64,000 bases of DNA, taken from Candidatus Omnitrophota bacterium. Lineage in GTDB: Bacteria; Omnitrophota; Gorgyraeia; Gygaellales; Profunditerraquicolaceae. The stretch is taken from NCBI GenBank assembly GCA_030693145.1, contig JAUYBI010000015.1, positions 8,619-72,618 on the forward strand. Reading direction: 5' to 3'. How positions within the stretch are numbered: position 1 is the stretch's first letter; every line of letters starts with the position of its first letter. The notes under the pieces were generated by a model. The model was not told the origin of the DNA. It saw only the letters and a program-made list of their open reading frames with translations, and made no database searches. A program made the position numbers and the translations under genes. This document shows positions 35,757 to 44,844 of this stretch, one piece after another.

Positions 35757-36527
35757 TCAATAGATAAATTTTTGGGGCTGTAGCTCAGCTGGGACGAGCA
35801 TTTGCCTGGCAGGCAAAGGGTCGAGGGTTCGATCCCCTCCAGCTCCACTTTTTATAATTATTTCGCCAATCGACTGTAGCTTAAACTGAAGGTTAGTGCT
35901 TAGGTAATGTACGGCGCATATCCCTTTGTAGTCTTTCTTTAAAGTAGGTTTTCCTTTTGTACGGCTATCCGGTTTGCTCTTGTAAAAATTATGTAAAGGT
36001 ATCCCCGTTATATTCGACCAATATTTATTGAGTTTTTTTAAGTTTTGGTCGTATCTACACATTATCCTACAACGTAATTTTCCTTCATCAATATTAAAAG
36101 AGTTTCTTAATAAATTAATAAAGCAACGTATTATCCAGGGATCAGAATTACCAAAAACCAAACATCTGGTAGAAGGATATTTTGATCCTTCGCAAAGATA
36201 AAGAATACCACAGATAAGTTTTCCGAGTTTCGGATTTTCAAGGGAGATATTTTCAAAATGTTTTACAGAATTTTGGATATTTTCTTTCCATTGCTGAATT
36301 TTTCGGCGGTTCGCGGCAACAGCTAAGGGCCTTCCGGTTGCCGCGGAATTGATTATTTTTGTTTTTATCCGCTCTTCTTGTTGTTTAGTCATCTTGATAT
36401 CATTAACCCAACTGGAAATAGTATTCTTTGGGATTCTCATTTTTAGGTTAATTTCACCTACGGACCAACCTTTAAGCCTTAAATTTCGCGCTCTTTGTTT
36501 AGTTATTTTCGAATATACCTTTGACAT
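35757..36527 (-). CDS. AT-rich HTH-domain protein with a possible LAGLIDADG-like motif (homing-endonuclease-like?), C-terminal 30 codons overlap tRNA-Ala on the opposite strand
   Basis: 256-aa ORF. N-terminal HTH (LRLKGWSVGEINLKMRIPKNTISSWV). KLICGILYLCEGSKY resembles a LAGLIDADG-type motif. The last ~30 codons (GAGGDRTLDPLPARQMLVPAELQP) are the reverse translation of tRNA-Ala. Confidence 0.4.
   Translation of the reverse strand: MSKVYSKITKQRARNLRLKGWSVGEINLKMRIPKNTISSWVNDIKMTKQQEERIKTKIINSAATGRPLAVAANRRKIQQWKENIQNSVKHFENISLENPKLGKLICGILYLCEGSKYPSTRCLVFGNSDPWIIRCFINLLRNSFNIDEGKLRCRIMCRYDQNLKKLNKYWSNITGIPLHNFYKSKPDSRTKGKPTLKKDYKGICAVHYLSTNLQFKLQSIGEIIIKSGAGGDRTLDPLPARQMLVPAELQPQKFIY
35774..35847 (+). 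tRNA. tRNA-Ala (anticodon GGC) with G3:U70 identity pair
   Basis: GGGGCTG-TA-GCTC..GAGC-A-TTTGC-CTGGCAG-GCAAA-GGGTC-GAGGG-TTCGATC-CCCTC-CAGCTCC-A. Followed by a T-run. CCA is not encoded. Confidence 0.85.
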
Positions 36528-36633
36528 TTGCCCTCCTTTGTAAATGAGTTCCTATTAACAATAGACGTAATTAATAGTAGTTTCTAACTATAACCTTGAC
36601 GCTCATTTTAGGAGGGGGTATAATCTAAGCATT

Positions 36634-37482
36634 ATGATTCTAGGCGTGCATGTTTCTGGAGCAGGGAAGATTTACCAGGCGTTGGATATCGCCCATGATT
36701 TAGGGTGCGCTACGATGCAGATCTTCAGCCGCTCCCCGCAGTCCTGGCGTAACGGCGCTCAGATTGCTCCCGAAGATATTAAGGAATTTATTGCCCGGCG
36801 CAAGAAATATAAAATCAACCCGGTTTTTCTCCATATATCTTACCTGATTAATTTAGCTTCCCCTGATGCGCGCCTCTACCACGGCTCTATTCAGGCTTAT
36901 ATCGAGGATATCCAGGAGGCGGATAAGTTAGGAGCGGATTATATTGTTACGCATATGGGCAGCCATAAGGAAACTTCCGAAGATGCCGGGATTAAGCGGT
37001 TGATTGAGGCGCTAAATAAAATAATCGAAAAGACTAAAAGTTCTAAAGTCGGAATATTATTGGAAAATACTTCCGGAAGCGGATCCTGGCTGGGCTATAG
37101 ATTCTATCATCAGCATAAAATTATCAAGGGCATCAAAGAAAAATCCCGCGTAGGTTTGTGCCTGGACACCGCCCATGCTTATTTGGCCGGTTACAATCTG
37201 TCGACCAAAGCCGGGCTTGATAAAATGATTGATGAAATTGATGAGATGGCCGGGACAAAATTAATTAAGCTCATCCACCTTAATGATGCCGCCGGAGAGC
37301 TGGGCTGCCACCATGACCGGCACGACCATATCGGCCAGGGACACATTGGCCTGGCGGGGATGAAAAGAATTATCAATCATCCTAAATTAAAGAATATCCC
37401 GATGATTTTAGAGACACCTAAAAGCACTCCAGACAGCGATAAAGAAAATTTAGCATTAGTGAGAAAATTAAACCGAAATTAA
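36634..37482 (+). CDS. nfo: Endonuclease IV (AP endonuclease family 2)
   Basis: 282 aa. HVSGAG, HISYLINLAS, SRVGLCLDTAHAY and IHLNDAAGELGCHHDRHDHIGQG (metal-binding His/Asp) match Nfo. Confidence 0.85.
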   Translation: MILGVHVSGAGKIYQALDIAHDLGCATMQIFSRSPQSWRNGAQIAPEDIKEFIARRKKYKINPVFLHISYLINLASPDARLYHGSIQAYIEDIQEADKLGADYIVTHMGSHKETSEDAGIKRLIEALNKIIEKTKSSKVGILLENTSGSGSWLGYRFYHQHKIIKGIKEKSRVGLCLDTAHAYLAGYNLSTKAGLDKMIDEIDEMAGTKLIKLIHLNDAAGELGCHHDRHDHIGQGHIGLAGMKRIINHPKLKNIPMILETPKSTPDSDKENLALVRKLNRN

Positions 37483-37490
37483 ATTATTAT

Positions 37491-37523
37491 CAGTAGTAGG
37501 GGAGGTTTAAACCTCCCCTACTG
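37491..37523. repeat. PalA G-variant between nfo and leuS
   Basis: CAGTAGTAGGGGAGGTTTAAACCTCCCCTACTG. Confidence 0.85.
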
Positions 37524-37555
37524 AGAGATGTATAATTTAATAGCAATAAAATAAA

Positions 37556-39955
37556 ATGCATTACGATTTTAAAAAGATCGAAGAAAAATGGCAGAAAAAA
37601 TGGCAAAAAACGCGGGCCTTCCGCGCGCAAGCCGACCCTAAGCGCAAAAAATACTATTTACTGGAAATGTTCCCCTATCCCAGCGGTAAAATCCATATGG
37701 GCCATGTGCGTAATTACACTATCGGCGATGTCGCCAGCCGTTTTAAAACCTTAGAAGGTTATAACGTAATGCACCCGATGGGCTTTGATGCCTTTGGCCA
37801 GCCGGCAGAGAATGCGGCAATAAAAAATAAAACTAAGCCCGCTGACTGGACGCGTAAATGTATCAAGGAGATGGAAACAGAATTAAAGAAGATGGGTTTT
37901 TCCTATGACTGGGAGAGGGAGGTTTCTACCTGCTCAAGCGATTATTATAAATGGAACCAGTGGATCTTCTTAAAAATGTTTCAACGCGGCCTGGCCTACA
38001 GAAAGGCTTCGCAAGTTAACTGGTGCCCAAGCTGCGCAACAACTTTAGCTAATGAAGAAGTAATCGAAGGTGAATGCTGGCGTTGCCATGCAAAAGTAGA
38101 GCAGAAGGAGTTGGAGCAATGGTATTTAAAGATTACCGAATATAAAGAAAGATTACTGGAGGATTTAAATCAGCTTAAAGATTGGCCGGGGCGGGTTGTG
38201 GCGATGCAGAATAACTGGATCGGCAAAAGCAGCGGCGTAGATATTTATTTTCGTTTGGAAAATAGTGATAAATTGATCTCTGTTTTTACTACCCGGGTAG
38301 ATACTATTTTTGGAGCAACTTACATTGTTCTGGCCCCGGAGCACCCTTTAGTTTTAGGTTTGATTAAAGGCAAGCCACAGGAAAATGAGGCTTTAGGGTT
38401 CATTAAAAAGGTTGCCAGTGAAAGTAAGGTAGTGCGCGCCGCATCCGATGTTAAAAAAGAAGGGGTTTTTACCGGAAGCTTTGCAATTAATCCGGTAAAT
38501 AATGAAAAGGTTCCGGTTTGGATTGCCGATTATGTTCTGATGGAGTATGGGACAGGTGCAATTATGGCTGTGCCCACCCATGACCAAAGGGATTTCCTGT
38601 TTGCTAAAGAACATAGTTTGCCAATGCGGACTGTAATCCGGAGGACGGAGGACGGAGGACAGAAGGCAGAGGATTTAACAGGGGCTTACGAAGGCGATGG
38701 TGTTCAGGTAAATTCCGGAGAATTTGATGGGTTAAGTAATCAGGAGGCAAAGACAAAGATTGCCCAATGGATGGAGGATAAAGGTATTGGTAAAATCCAG
38801 ACACATTTTCGCTTGCGTGATTGGCTGATTTCCCGGCAGCGTTATTGGGGCACTCCCATACCGATGATTTATTGTCCGGCTTGCGGCATCGTCCCGGTTC
38901 CGGATAAAGATTTGCCCGTAGAACTGCCTCCTGATGCGCCTTTTACCGGAGAAGGCGGAAGCCCTTTAAGTAAGGTTAAGAAATTTGTAGAAGTAAATTG
39001 TCCTAAGTGTAAAGTAAGGGCCAGGCGTGAAACTGATACAATGGCCACCTTCTTTGACTCCTCCTGGTATTTCTTAAGGTTCTGCTCGCCTAAATTTAAT
39101 GCTGCGCCATTTGATGTGCATGAAGCTAAATACTGGATGACTGTTGATCAGTATATCGGCGGTATTGAACACGCGATCCTGCATTTATTATATTCCCGCT
39201 TTTTTACTAAATTTTTCCAGGATTTAAAGATGATTGATTTTAGTGAGCCATTCGCTAAACTGCTTACTCAGGGGATGGTTTTAAAGGACGGCGAAGTTAT
39301 GTCCAAGTCCAGGGGTAATATTGTTGACCCGGATTCCATGATCAAAAATTATGGCGCGGATGCCCTGCGCTTGTTTATTTTGTTCGCCGCTCCGCCGGAG
39401 ACAGAGTTGGAGTGGGAGGAACGCGGGTTAGAAGGCGCATACAAATTTTTAAACCGGGTCTGGCGGATTCAGGAAAATTTAAAGGATAATGCAGATCCGC
39501 AGGTATTAAAAGCTTTACACAAGACAATAAAAAAAGTAGGTACGGATTTTAGTGAATTTAAGTTTAATACTGCCATTGCCAGCCTGATGGAGTTAACCAA
39601 TGTTATTTATCAGTCAGGCGCGGATAAACAGGTATTTTCCAGCCTGGTGATTATGCTCAGCCCGATTGTCCCGCATTTTGCCGAAGAGCTTTGGGGGATT
39701 TTAGGGAACAAAGAGAGCATTTTTAAAGCTGCCTGGCCCAAATATGACCTTAAATTACTGGTTGAAGAAAATGTGGAGTTAGTGATTCAGATTAATGGTA
39801 AAGTGCGCAGTAAAATCGAAGTGCCCCGCGGTATATCCGAAGATAAGCTTAAGGAATTAGTGCAGAAAGACGAGAAATTGATTCCTTGGCTGGAAGGCAA
39901 AACCCCGAAGAAATTCATCATTGTCCCGCAGAAGCTTGTTAATATTGTAATTTAA
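37556..39955 (+). CDS. leuS: Leucyl-tRNA synthetase
   Basis: 799 aa. FPYPSGKIHMGHVRNY (HIGH) and VMSKSRGN (KMSKS). LeuRS-specific architecture with a CP1 editing region. Confidence 0.95.
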   Translation: MHYDFKKIEEKWQKKWQKTRAFRAQADPKRKKYYLLEMFPYPSGKIHMGHVRNYTIGDVASRFKTLEGYNVMHPMGFDAFGQPAENAAIKNKTKPADWTRKCIKEMETELKKMGFSYDWEREVSTCSSDYYKWNQWIFLKMFQRGLAYRKASQVNWCPSCATTLANEEVIEGECWRCHAKVEQKELEQWYLKITEYKERLLEDLNQLKDWPGRVVAMQNNWIGKSSGVDIYFRLENSDKLISVFTTRVDTIFGATYIVLAPEHPLVLGLIKGKPQENEALGFIKKVASESKVVRAASDVKKEGVFTGSFAINPVNNEKVPVWIADYVLMEYGTGAIMAVPTHDQRDFLFAKEHSLPMRTVIRRTEDGGQKAEDLTGAYEGDGVQVNSGEFDGLSNQEAKTKIAQWMEDKGIGKIQTHFRLRDWLISRQRYWGTPIPMIYCPACGIVPVPDKDLPVELPPDAPFTGEGGSPLSKVKKFVEVNCPKCKVRARRETDTMATFFDSSWYFLRFCSPKFNAAPFDVHEAKYWMTVDQYIGGIEHAILHLLYSRFFTKFFQDLKMIDFSEPFAKLLTQGMVLKDGEVMSKSRGNIVDPDSMIKNYGADALRLFILFAAPPETELEWEERGLEGAYKFLNRVWRIQENLKDNADPQVLKALHKTIKKVGTDFSEFKFNTAIASLMELTNVIYQSGADKQVFSSLVIMLSPIVPHFAEELWGILGNKESIFKAAWPKYDLKLLVEENVELVIQINGKVRSKIEVPRGISEDKLKELVQKDEKLIPWLEGKTPKKFIIVPQKLVNIVI

Positions 39956-39960
39956 AACCC

Positions 39961-40030
39961 TAGAATAAAGGGACCGTTTCTATTTTTTAAAAGAAAAAAT
40001 AGAAACGGTCCCTTTATTCTGAAACGGTCC
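39961..40030. terminator. Bidirectional intrinsic-terminator-like perfect hairpin between convergent leuS and the response-regulator gene
   Basis: ataaagggaccgtttctatttttt-aaaag-aaaaaatagaaacggtccctttat forms a 24-bp perfect stem flanked by T/A runs. It is a variant of the GGGACNGTTCT hairpin family. Confidence 0.5.
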
Positions 40031-40032
40031 CT

Positions 40033-40407
40033 TTATTCTATATTCCCCAGAACGTCTTTAATGTCAAAAAGTAATCTTTGGTAATCAATGGGTTTTTCGA
40101 GATAGACGGTGATTCCGCTTTTAGCGGCAATATGTTTATCAATTTCTTCGTGTTTTAGGGAGGTGGCGATAATCGGGGTATCCGCAAATTCAGGCAGGGC
40201 CTTGATATCCTGGGCAACTTTAAACCCGCTTTCATCCGGCAGGACCAGATCCAGGAGCACGCAATCCGGTTTTTCCGCTTTTAGTTTTTCTATACCCTCT
40301 TTAGCGCTGTAGGCAATAACTACGGTATAACCTGCCCTAAGCAATTCTTCCTTACTCTTTTTGGCGATATTATAATCATCGTCAATCACCAGGATTTTCT
40401 TGGGCAT
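40033..40407 (-). CDS. Single-domain response regulator (CheY-like receiver)
   Basis: 124 aa. ILVIDDD at the N-terminus, the phospho-acceptor Asp in VLLDLVLPD, and a conserved Lys in YLEKP. Confidence 0.8.
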   Translation of the reverse strand: MPKKILVIDDDYNIAKKSKEELLRAGYTVVIAYSAKEGIEKLKAEKPDCVLLDLVLPDESGFKVAQDIKALPEFADTPIIATSLKHEEIDKHIAAKSGITVYLEKPIDYQRLLFDIKDVLGNIE

Positions 40408-40472
40408 AAATTAAGTATACACTAAAACATCAGCGATTACAATTTGTTAGTGTCAAGAACCCTGCCGACTTT

Positions 40473-40555
40473 CAGTAGGGTGGGTTTAAACCCACCCTAC
40501 TGTTGTTAATAAACTCTACTTTCAACAGTAGGGGAGGTTTAAACCTCCCCTACTG
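40473..40555. repeat. Two PalA copies (T-variant 40475-40500, G-variant 40528-40553), each with CAGT/ACTG extensions
   Basis: Read directly. Lies in the divergent intergenic region between the response-regulator gene and comEA. Confidence 0.85.
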
Positions 40556-40665
40556 TAATTGATAAAAGTCCGCAGGGCCTTTTTTGTCAGTTAGATTTAT
40601 TTTCTTTCTTCGTCTATTGAGGTGAGGGCATATTGAAAGCCAAAGTTAGTAAGGAGGGTTTAGCC

Positions 40666-40995
40666 ATGCTTAATTTTACACCTGAAGAAAGAAAAGTTAC
40701 TTTGTTTCTTTTGGGTTTAGCGCTTTGCGGCTTGATTTTAAATAACTTAATTAAGGTTAACTGCCGGATTGCCGGGGTGGTTTATCCACAAATGCAATTA
40801 GCCAGGTTAAATCTTAATAAAGTAAGCCTGACAGAGCTAATCGAGGCTAAGTGTGTTCCGGTGAAATTAGCCCAACGGATCATCGAATATCGGAATTTGC
40901 GCAAAGAGTTTGGCAGCTTAGAAGAGTTAAAAGAAGTCAAAGGTGTCGGTGACCAACGCTATGGGAAATTAAAAGAGTTATTCTTTGTGGAATGA
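40666..40995 (+). CDS. comEA: ComEA-like competence protein (helix-hairpin-helix DNA-binding)
   Basis: N-terminal TM helix. LNKVSLTELIE and LEELKEVKGVGDQRYGKLKE helix-hairpin-helix motifs. The ATG at 40666 follows RBS taaggaggg. The track start at 40633 has no RBS. Confidence 0.75.
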   Translation: MLNFTPEERKVTLFLLGLALCGLILNNLIKVNCRIAGVVYPQMQLARLNLNKVSLTELIEAKCVPVKLAQRIIEYRNLRKEFGSLEELKEVKGVGDQRYGKLKELFFVE

Positions 40996-42404
40996 AAAGG
41001 CCGCTGGTAATCTTAGCCGTATTTTATGTCCTGGGAATTATTTTGGCGGGCTTAATCCGCCTGGATTTTTGGCTGGTTATGGGGGTGGCCATTGTAGTTT
41101 TTGCCTGCGTCAGCTTAGGGGTAAGAGAAAAACATTTATTTCTGGTTTCAGTATTATTTTTAGCGCTGCTTGCCGGAGGCCTGAACCTGAAAAATTCCCA
41201 TAGATTGCCCGGATGCCATATTCGTAATTTTGTTGCCCATAAAGATAACGCAGTTTATTGCCTGAATGGATTTATCGCTAGCCAGCCGGAATTCAAAAAT
41301 GATCATCTTTGGTTTATTTTACGGGCTCGCCAAATCCAAGCAGATAAACTAAGATATAAATGTTGCGGAGAGGTACTGGTTAAAATGGATTTTAAGCAAG
41401 CATTAAATTACGGGGAGAATTTAACGCTTATCGGTGGTTTAGGCCGGCCGCAAGTTTTCAGCCGCAGCCAGGGTTATCGGGATTTTCTGGCGCGTCAAGG
41501 TATTTATCTGATCATGCCGATTCAAAATCACCGTCAAATTATCCGGCAGGATAAATTCAGCGGCGGGCAATTAATCCGGGGTTGCCTTTGGCTGCGTTTT
41601 TATTTGGAACAAATTATTAGCCGGCACCTTCCGGCTTTGCCGGCGAGTATACTTTCGGCTATGGTTTTAGGCCAAAAGCAGGGTATTCCCTGGCTCGTCA
41701 GTAACTCTATGATTAAAGCCGGCACCGTGCATATTTTGGTAGTCAGCGGTTTTAACGTAGGTATCGTGGCTTTTGTAATTAACTTATTGCTTAAAATCCT
41801 GCGCCTTCCGCGTAAGGGGCGCATCATCCTGACAGCAATTTGCCTGCTTATTTATTGCTTAATTACCGGAGCAACTAACCCGGTTATTCGCGCTACGGTT
41901 ATGGGTTTAGTTTTTTTAGCGGCGTATCTTTTAAAAAGGGAAGCGGATATCTATAATTCTCTGGTGAGCGCGGCATTATTTATCCTGGTGATTAATCCCC
42001 GGCAGCTTTTCGATGTTGGTTTCCAGCTCTCTTTTATCAGTGTGCTGGCCATCGTATATTTCTATCCTAAGTTAAAAGCCCGGGTTCATTTGGAGTCCTG
42101 CAAAATAAAAATATTGAAATTTATCATTGAAGGCTGTTTAGTCTCGTTTTCTGCCTGGCTGGGTACGCTGGTAATTATTGCTTTGAATTTTCGCATTATT
42201 GCCCCGGTAACTGTTTTGGCTAATATTTTGATTGTTCCGTTGGCTACGCTTATTACTTTATGCGGGTTTATCCTGGTTTTATCCGGCCTGATTTATCCGG
42301 ATTTAGCCAATCTTTTTAGCCTGCCTACCATGGCGTTGATTACCCTGCTTTTAAATATAAATGCCTCCTTGATCAAGCTGCCTGGTGCTTATATTTATTT
42401 CTAA
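40992..42404 (+). CDS. comEC: ComEC/Rec2 DNA internalisation channel (short form without the metallo-beta-lactamase domain)
   Basis: 470 aa. DUF4131-like N-terminal region and the Competence domain (LSAMVLGQKQGIPWLVSNSMIKAGTVHILVVSGFNVGIV), with multiple TM helices. Start overlaps the comEA stop (ATGA). Confidence 0.75.
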   Translation: MKRPLVILAVFYVLGIILAGLIRLDFWLVMGVAIVVFACVSLGVREKHLFLVSVLFLALLAGGLNLKNSHRLPGCHIRNFVAHKDNAVYCLNGFIASQPEFKNDHLWFILRARQIQADKLRYKCCGEVLVKMDFKQALNYGENLTLIGGLGRPQVFSRSQGYRDFLARQGIYLIMPIQNHRQIIRQDKFSGGQLIRGCLWLRFYLEQIISRHLPALPASILSAMVLGQKQGIPWLVSNSMIKAGTVHILVVSGFNVGIVAFVINLLLKILRLPRKGRIILTAICLLIYCLITGATNPVIRATVMGLVFLAAYLLKREADIYNSLVSAALFILVINPRQLFDVGFQLSFISVLAIVYFYPKLKARVHLESCKIKILKFIIEGCLVSFSAWLGTLVIIALNFRIIAPVTVLANILIVPLATLITLCGFILVLSGLIYPDLANLFSLPTMALITLLLNINASLIKLPGAYIYF

Positions 42405-42417
42405 GAGCTCTAATATA

Positions 42418-42520
42418 GTAGGGGAGGTTTAAACCTCCCCTACTATTAAAGGCTCGCTTTAAACCTCCCCTACTATTAAAGGCTCGCTTTAAACCTCCCC
42501 TACTATTAAAGGCTCGCTTT
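42418..42520. repeat. PalA G-variant followed by a 3x tandem array of a 30-bp unit (TTTAAACCTCCCCTACTATTAAAGGCTCGC) made from the PalA right half plus flank
   Basis: The three units, 42428-42457, 42458-42487 and 42488-42517, are identical. Confidence 0.85.
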
Positions 42521-42524
42521 AGAA

Positions 42525-42573
42525 TATAGGGGACGGTTCTGTTTTTTAAATAAAAAAATAGAACCGTCCCCTA
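42525..42573. repeat. HpB hairpin (ATAGGGGACGGTTCTGTTTTTT-AAATA-AAAAAATAGAACCGTCCCCTAT), perfect palindrome
   Basis: Read directly. Terminator-like, lying after comEC. Confidence 0.8.
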
Positions 42574-42630
42574 TATTTGCTTGATTTTACCTTTGACAAA
42601 GCCGTCCGGCTATGGTAAATTCATAATATT

Positions 42631-43575
42631 ATGAAACGCATAATCTTAAGTTTGTTAATAATTTCTTTTTTCGCTATCCAACCGGCGCACGCTTACTGGA
42701 TTTGGACCCCTAAGAGCGGGAAATGGGTTAATCCCAAGAACCTGCCTAAGGATAATCCCAAGGAGCAGTTTGCATACGCCAAGTCTTATTTTGATAATAA
42801 TAAATACGAAGAGGCAAAGCGTGAATTCCGTAAACTGCTTAAGGCTTATCCTAAGTCAGCCGAGGCAGCGGAAAGCCAATATTATCTGGGCTTAGCCGAG
42901 GAACAGCAGAGTAAATTATATGAAGCATTTCAGGCTTATCAACTAGTTATCGATAAATACCCTTTTAGTGAGCGCATTCAGGAGATTATCGAGAAGGAAT
43001 ATAAAATTGCCGAGAAATTTATGGCCGGGGAAAAACGTAAAGCATTGGGTATAGATCTACCGGTGGAGAATCCGGCGATTGAGATATTCGGCAAGGTGGT
43101 TGAAAATTCTACCTACGGGCCCCTGGCCCCTAAAGCGCAGTATAAATTAGGCCTGGTTTTAAAAGGATTAATGCGTTATTACGAAGCAGAGGAGGAGTTT
43201 GGCAAGGTGGTTTCCCGTTACCCGGATAGTGAATGGTCAGCGGCAGCCAAATTCCAGATTGCTTCCTGCCGGGCAAGTCTATCCAAGGGTTTTGCTTATG
43301 ACCAGGGTTCAGCCCAGGAGGCTAAAGAGAAGTTCCAGGAGTTTGTCAAGGAGCATCCGGATGCCGTGCTTTCTTTGGATGCGGAAAAAAATATCGGCCA
43401 AATCCGGGAGAAAGAGGCAGAGGCAAGCTACAATACCGCACTTTTTTACGAAAAACAAAAAGCTTTTGATTCAGCCAAAATTTATTATAATAGTATAGTC
43501 AATGATTACGCGCAGAGCCCTTGGGCAGGGCAGGCCGCGGCCAGATTACAGCTAATGGAGGAGAAAAAGAAATGA
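42631..43575 (+). CDS. Secreted TPR-repeat protein (BamD/YfiO-like or YbgF-like)
   Basis: 314 aa. Signal peptide with no lipobox Cys, then several TPR-like repeats (AEAAESQYYLGLAEEQQ, AQYKLGLVLKG). Confidence 0.4.
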   Translation: MKRIILSLLIISFFAIQPAHAYWIWTPKSGKWVNPKNLPKDNPKEQFAYAKSYFDNNKYEEAKREFRKLLKAYPKSAEAAESQYYLGLAEEQQSKLYEAFQAYQLVIDKYPFSERIQEIIEKEYKIAEKFMAGEKRKALGIDLPVENPAIEIFGKVVENSTYGPLAPKAQYKLGLVLKGLMRYYEAEEEFGKVVSRYPDSEWSAAAKFQIASCRASLSKGFAYDQGSAQEAKEKFQEFVKEHPDAVLSLDAEKNIGQIREKEAEASYNTALFYEKQKAFDSAKIYYNSIVNDYAQSPWAGQAAARLQLMEEKKK

Positions 43576-44204
43576 TAGAAGTCAGAAGTCAGAAGTCAGA
43601 AGCCAGAAAACAGAAAACAGAAAATCTTCTTTTCCGTCTTCCGTCTTCCGTCTTCCGTCTTCTGTCTTTTATCCTCTGTCTTCTGTTTTTAACAACCGGC
43701 TGTGGTTATACTACCCGCTCCATGATTTCCGGGAAATACAAAACAATTTACATCGCTCCTTTCCTGAATAAAGTGGACATAACCCAGGAAACCTATTCGG
43801 CTAATAAATACCGTATTTACCGGCCGATGCTGGAAACGGATATTACCAAAAAGGTAATTAACCGGTATCTTTTTGACGGTAATCTCAAGCCCGTAAAAGA
43901 GGCGGCTGCGGATTTAGTGTTGAAGGGGGAGCTGCTGGAGTACCGTAAGGATCCTTTAAGTTATGATAAAAATAATGAAAATGTTACTGAATACCGTATT
44001 AATATTTATGTAAATTTAAGCCTTTGGGATACCCAGGAGAATAAGTTGGTTTGGCAGGAGAATAACTTTAACGGCAATTATTCTTATTTTACCGATGATA
44101 ATGTTAACAGCGCTAGTGTCAAAGTGCCTGAGGCTACTGCGGTGAATAATGCTGTCGAGGATTTGGCCCGCCGCATCGTTGAACGTACAGTTGAGCAATG
44201 GTAA
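43572..44204 (+). CDS. lptE: LptE-like LPS-assembly lipoprotein
   Basis: Lipobox LTTGCGYTTRS. Sits in the conserved leuS-lptE-holA arrangement. The start overlaps the upstream stop (ATGA). The 5' coding region contains tandem heptamer repeats. Confidence 0.55.
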   Translation: MIEVRSQKSEARKQKTENLLFRLPSSVFRLLSFILCLLFLTTGCGYTTRSMISGKYKTIYIAPFLNKVDITQETYSANKYRIYRPMLETDITKKVINRYLFDGNLKPVKEAAADLVLKGELLEYRKDPLSYDKNNENVTEYRINIYVNLSLWDTQENKLVWQENNFNGNYSYFTDDNVNSASVKVPEATAVNNAVEDLARRIVERTVEQW

Positions 44205-44205
44205 T

Positions 44206-44844
44206 ATGGTTTATCTACTTATCGGCCAGGATATCGCGGCCAAAGAAACTCAGCTTAAGAAAATAAAGCAGGAATCCCTTTCCCCAGAGCTGCAAGATTT
44301 TAATCTGGATACCTTATACGCCAAAGAAATAACCTTAAAAGATATCCAAGAGCGCCTTCTGGCCATTCCGCTAAAAAGCGCTAAAAGAGTGATGGTAATT
44401 AAAGACGCGGATTCTCTTAATGAAGAATCCCGCAATTTCCTCTTGAGCTATGCCAAAAAACCGCATAAACAATTAGTCCTGGTTTTAGATTTCGCACAAT
44501 ACGATTATAAGGATGAGTTTATCAAGGGTATCTGCGCGCATGCCAGCATCCTGCGTTTTAAGGAAATAGTTAACCCGGATACTTTTGCCCTGAATCGGCA
44601 GATTGAATTAAGAAAAACAGATTCTGCTTTGCGCCTATTGCAGCAACTGCTTAAAAACGGAGAGGCTCCGGAACGTATTCTGGGGGGCTTACGTTACGGC
44701 TGGGAGAAGCAGGATATTCAGAGCCCCGGTGCCCGAAGGAAGTTAAAACTTCTTTTGGGGGCTGACCTGGAAATGAAGACAGGCAGGCTAAAGCCTGCCT
44801 GTGCCTTGGAAAAATTAGTAGTAAGTTTATGCGGTTTTGCTTAA
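44206..44844 (+). CDS. holA: DNA polymerase III delta subunit (short)
   Basis: N-terminus MVYLLIGQDIAAKETQLKKI is HolA-like. Position immediately after lptE as in E. coli. The 212-aa length is short for HolA. Confidence 0.6.
   Translation: MVYLLIGQDIAAKETQLKKIKQESLSPELQDFNLDTLYAKEITLKDIQERLLAIPLKSAKRVMVIKDADSLNEESRNFLLSYAKKPHKQLVLVLDFAQYDYKDEFIKGICAHASILRFKEIVNPDTFALNRQIELRKTDSALRLLQQLLKNGEAPERILGGLRYGWEKQDIQSPGARRKLKLLLGADLEMKTGRLKPACALEKLVVSLCGFA

Noticed and set aside
35757-35846. Treating the last 30 codons of the HTH/LAGLIDADG-like ORF as real protein
   Set aside because: They are the reverse translation of tRNA-Ala. The ORF is reported to its stop, but this tail is most likely fortuitous read-through.
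43199-43498. 99-aa plus-strand ORF inside the TPR gene in another frame
   Set aside because: It sits inside the better-supported 314-aa TPR/BamD-like ORF, and its Arg/Gln-rich translation is typical of frame-shifted TPR coding sequence.
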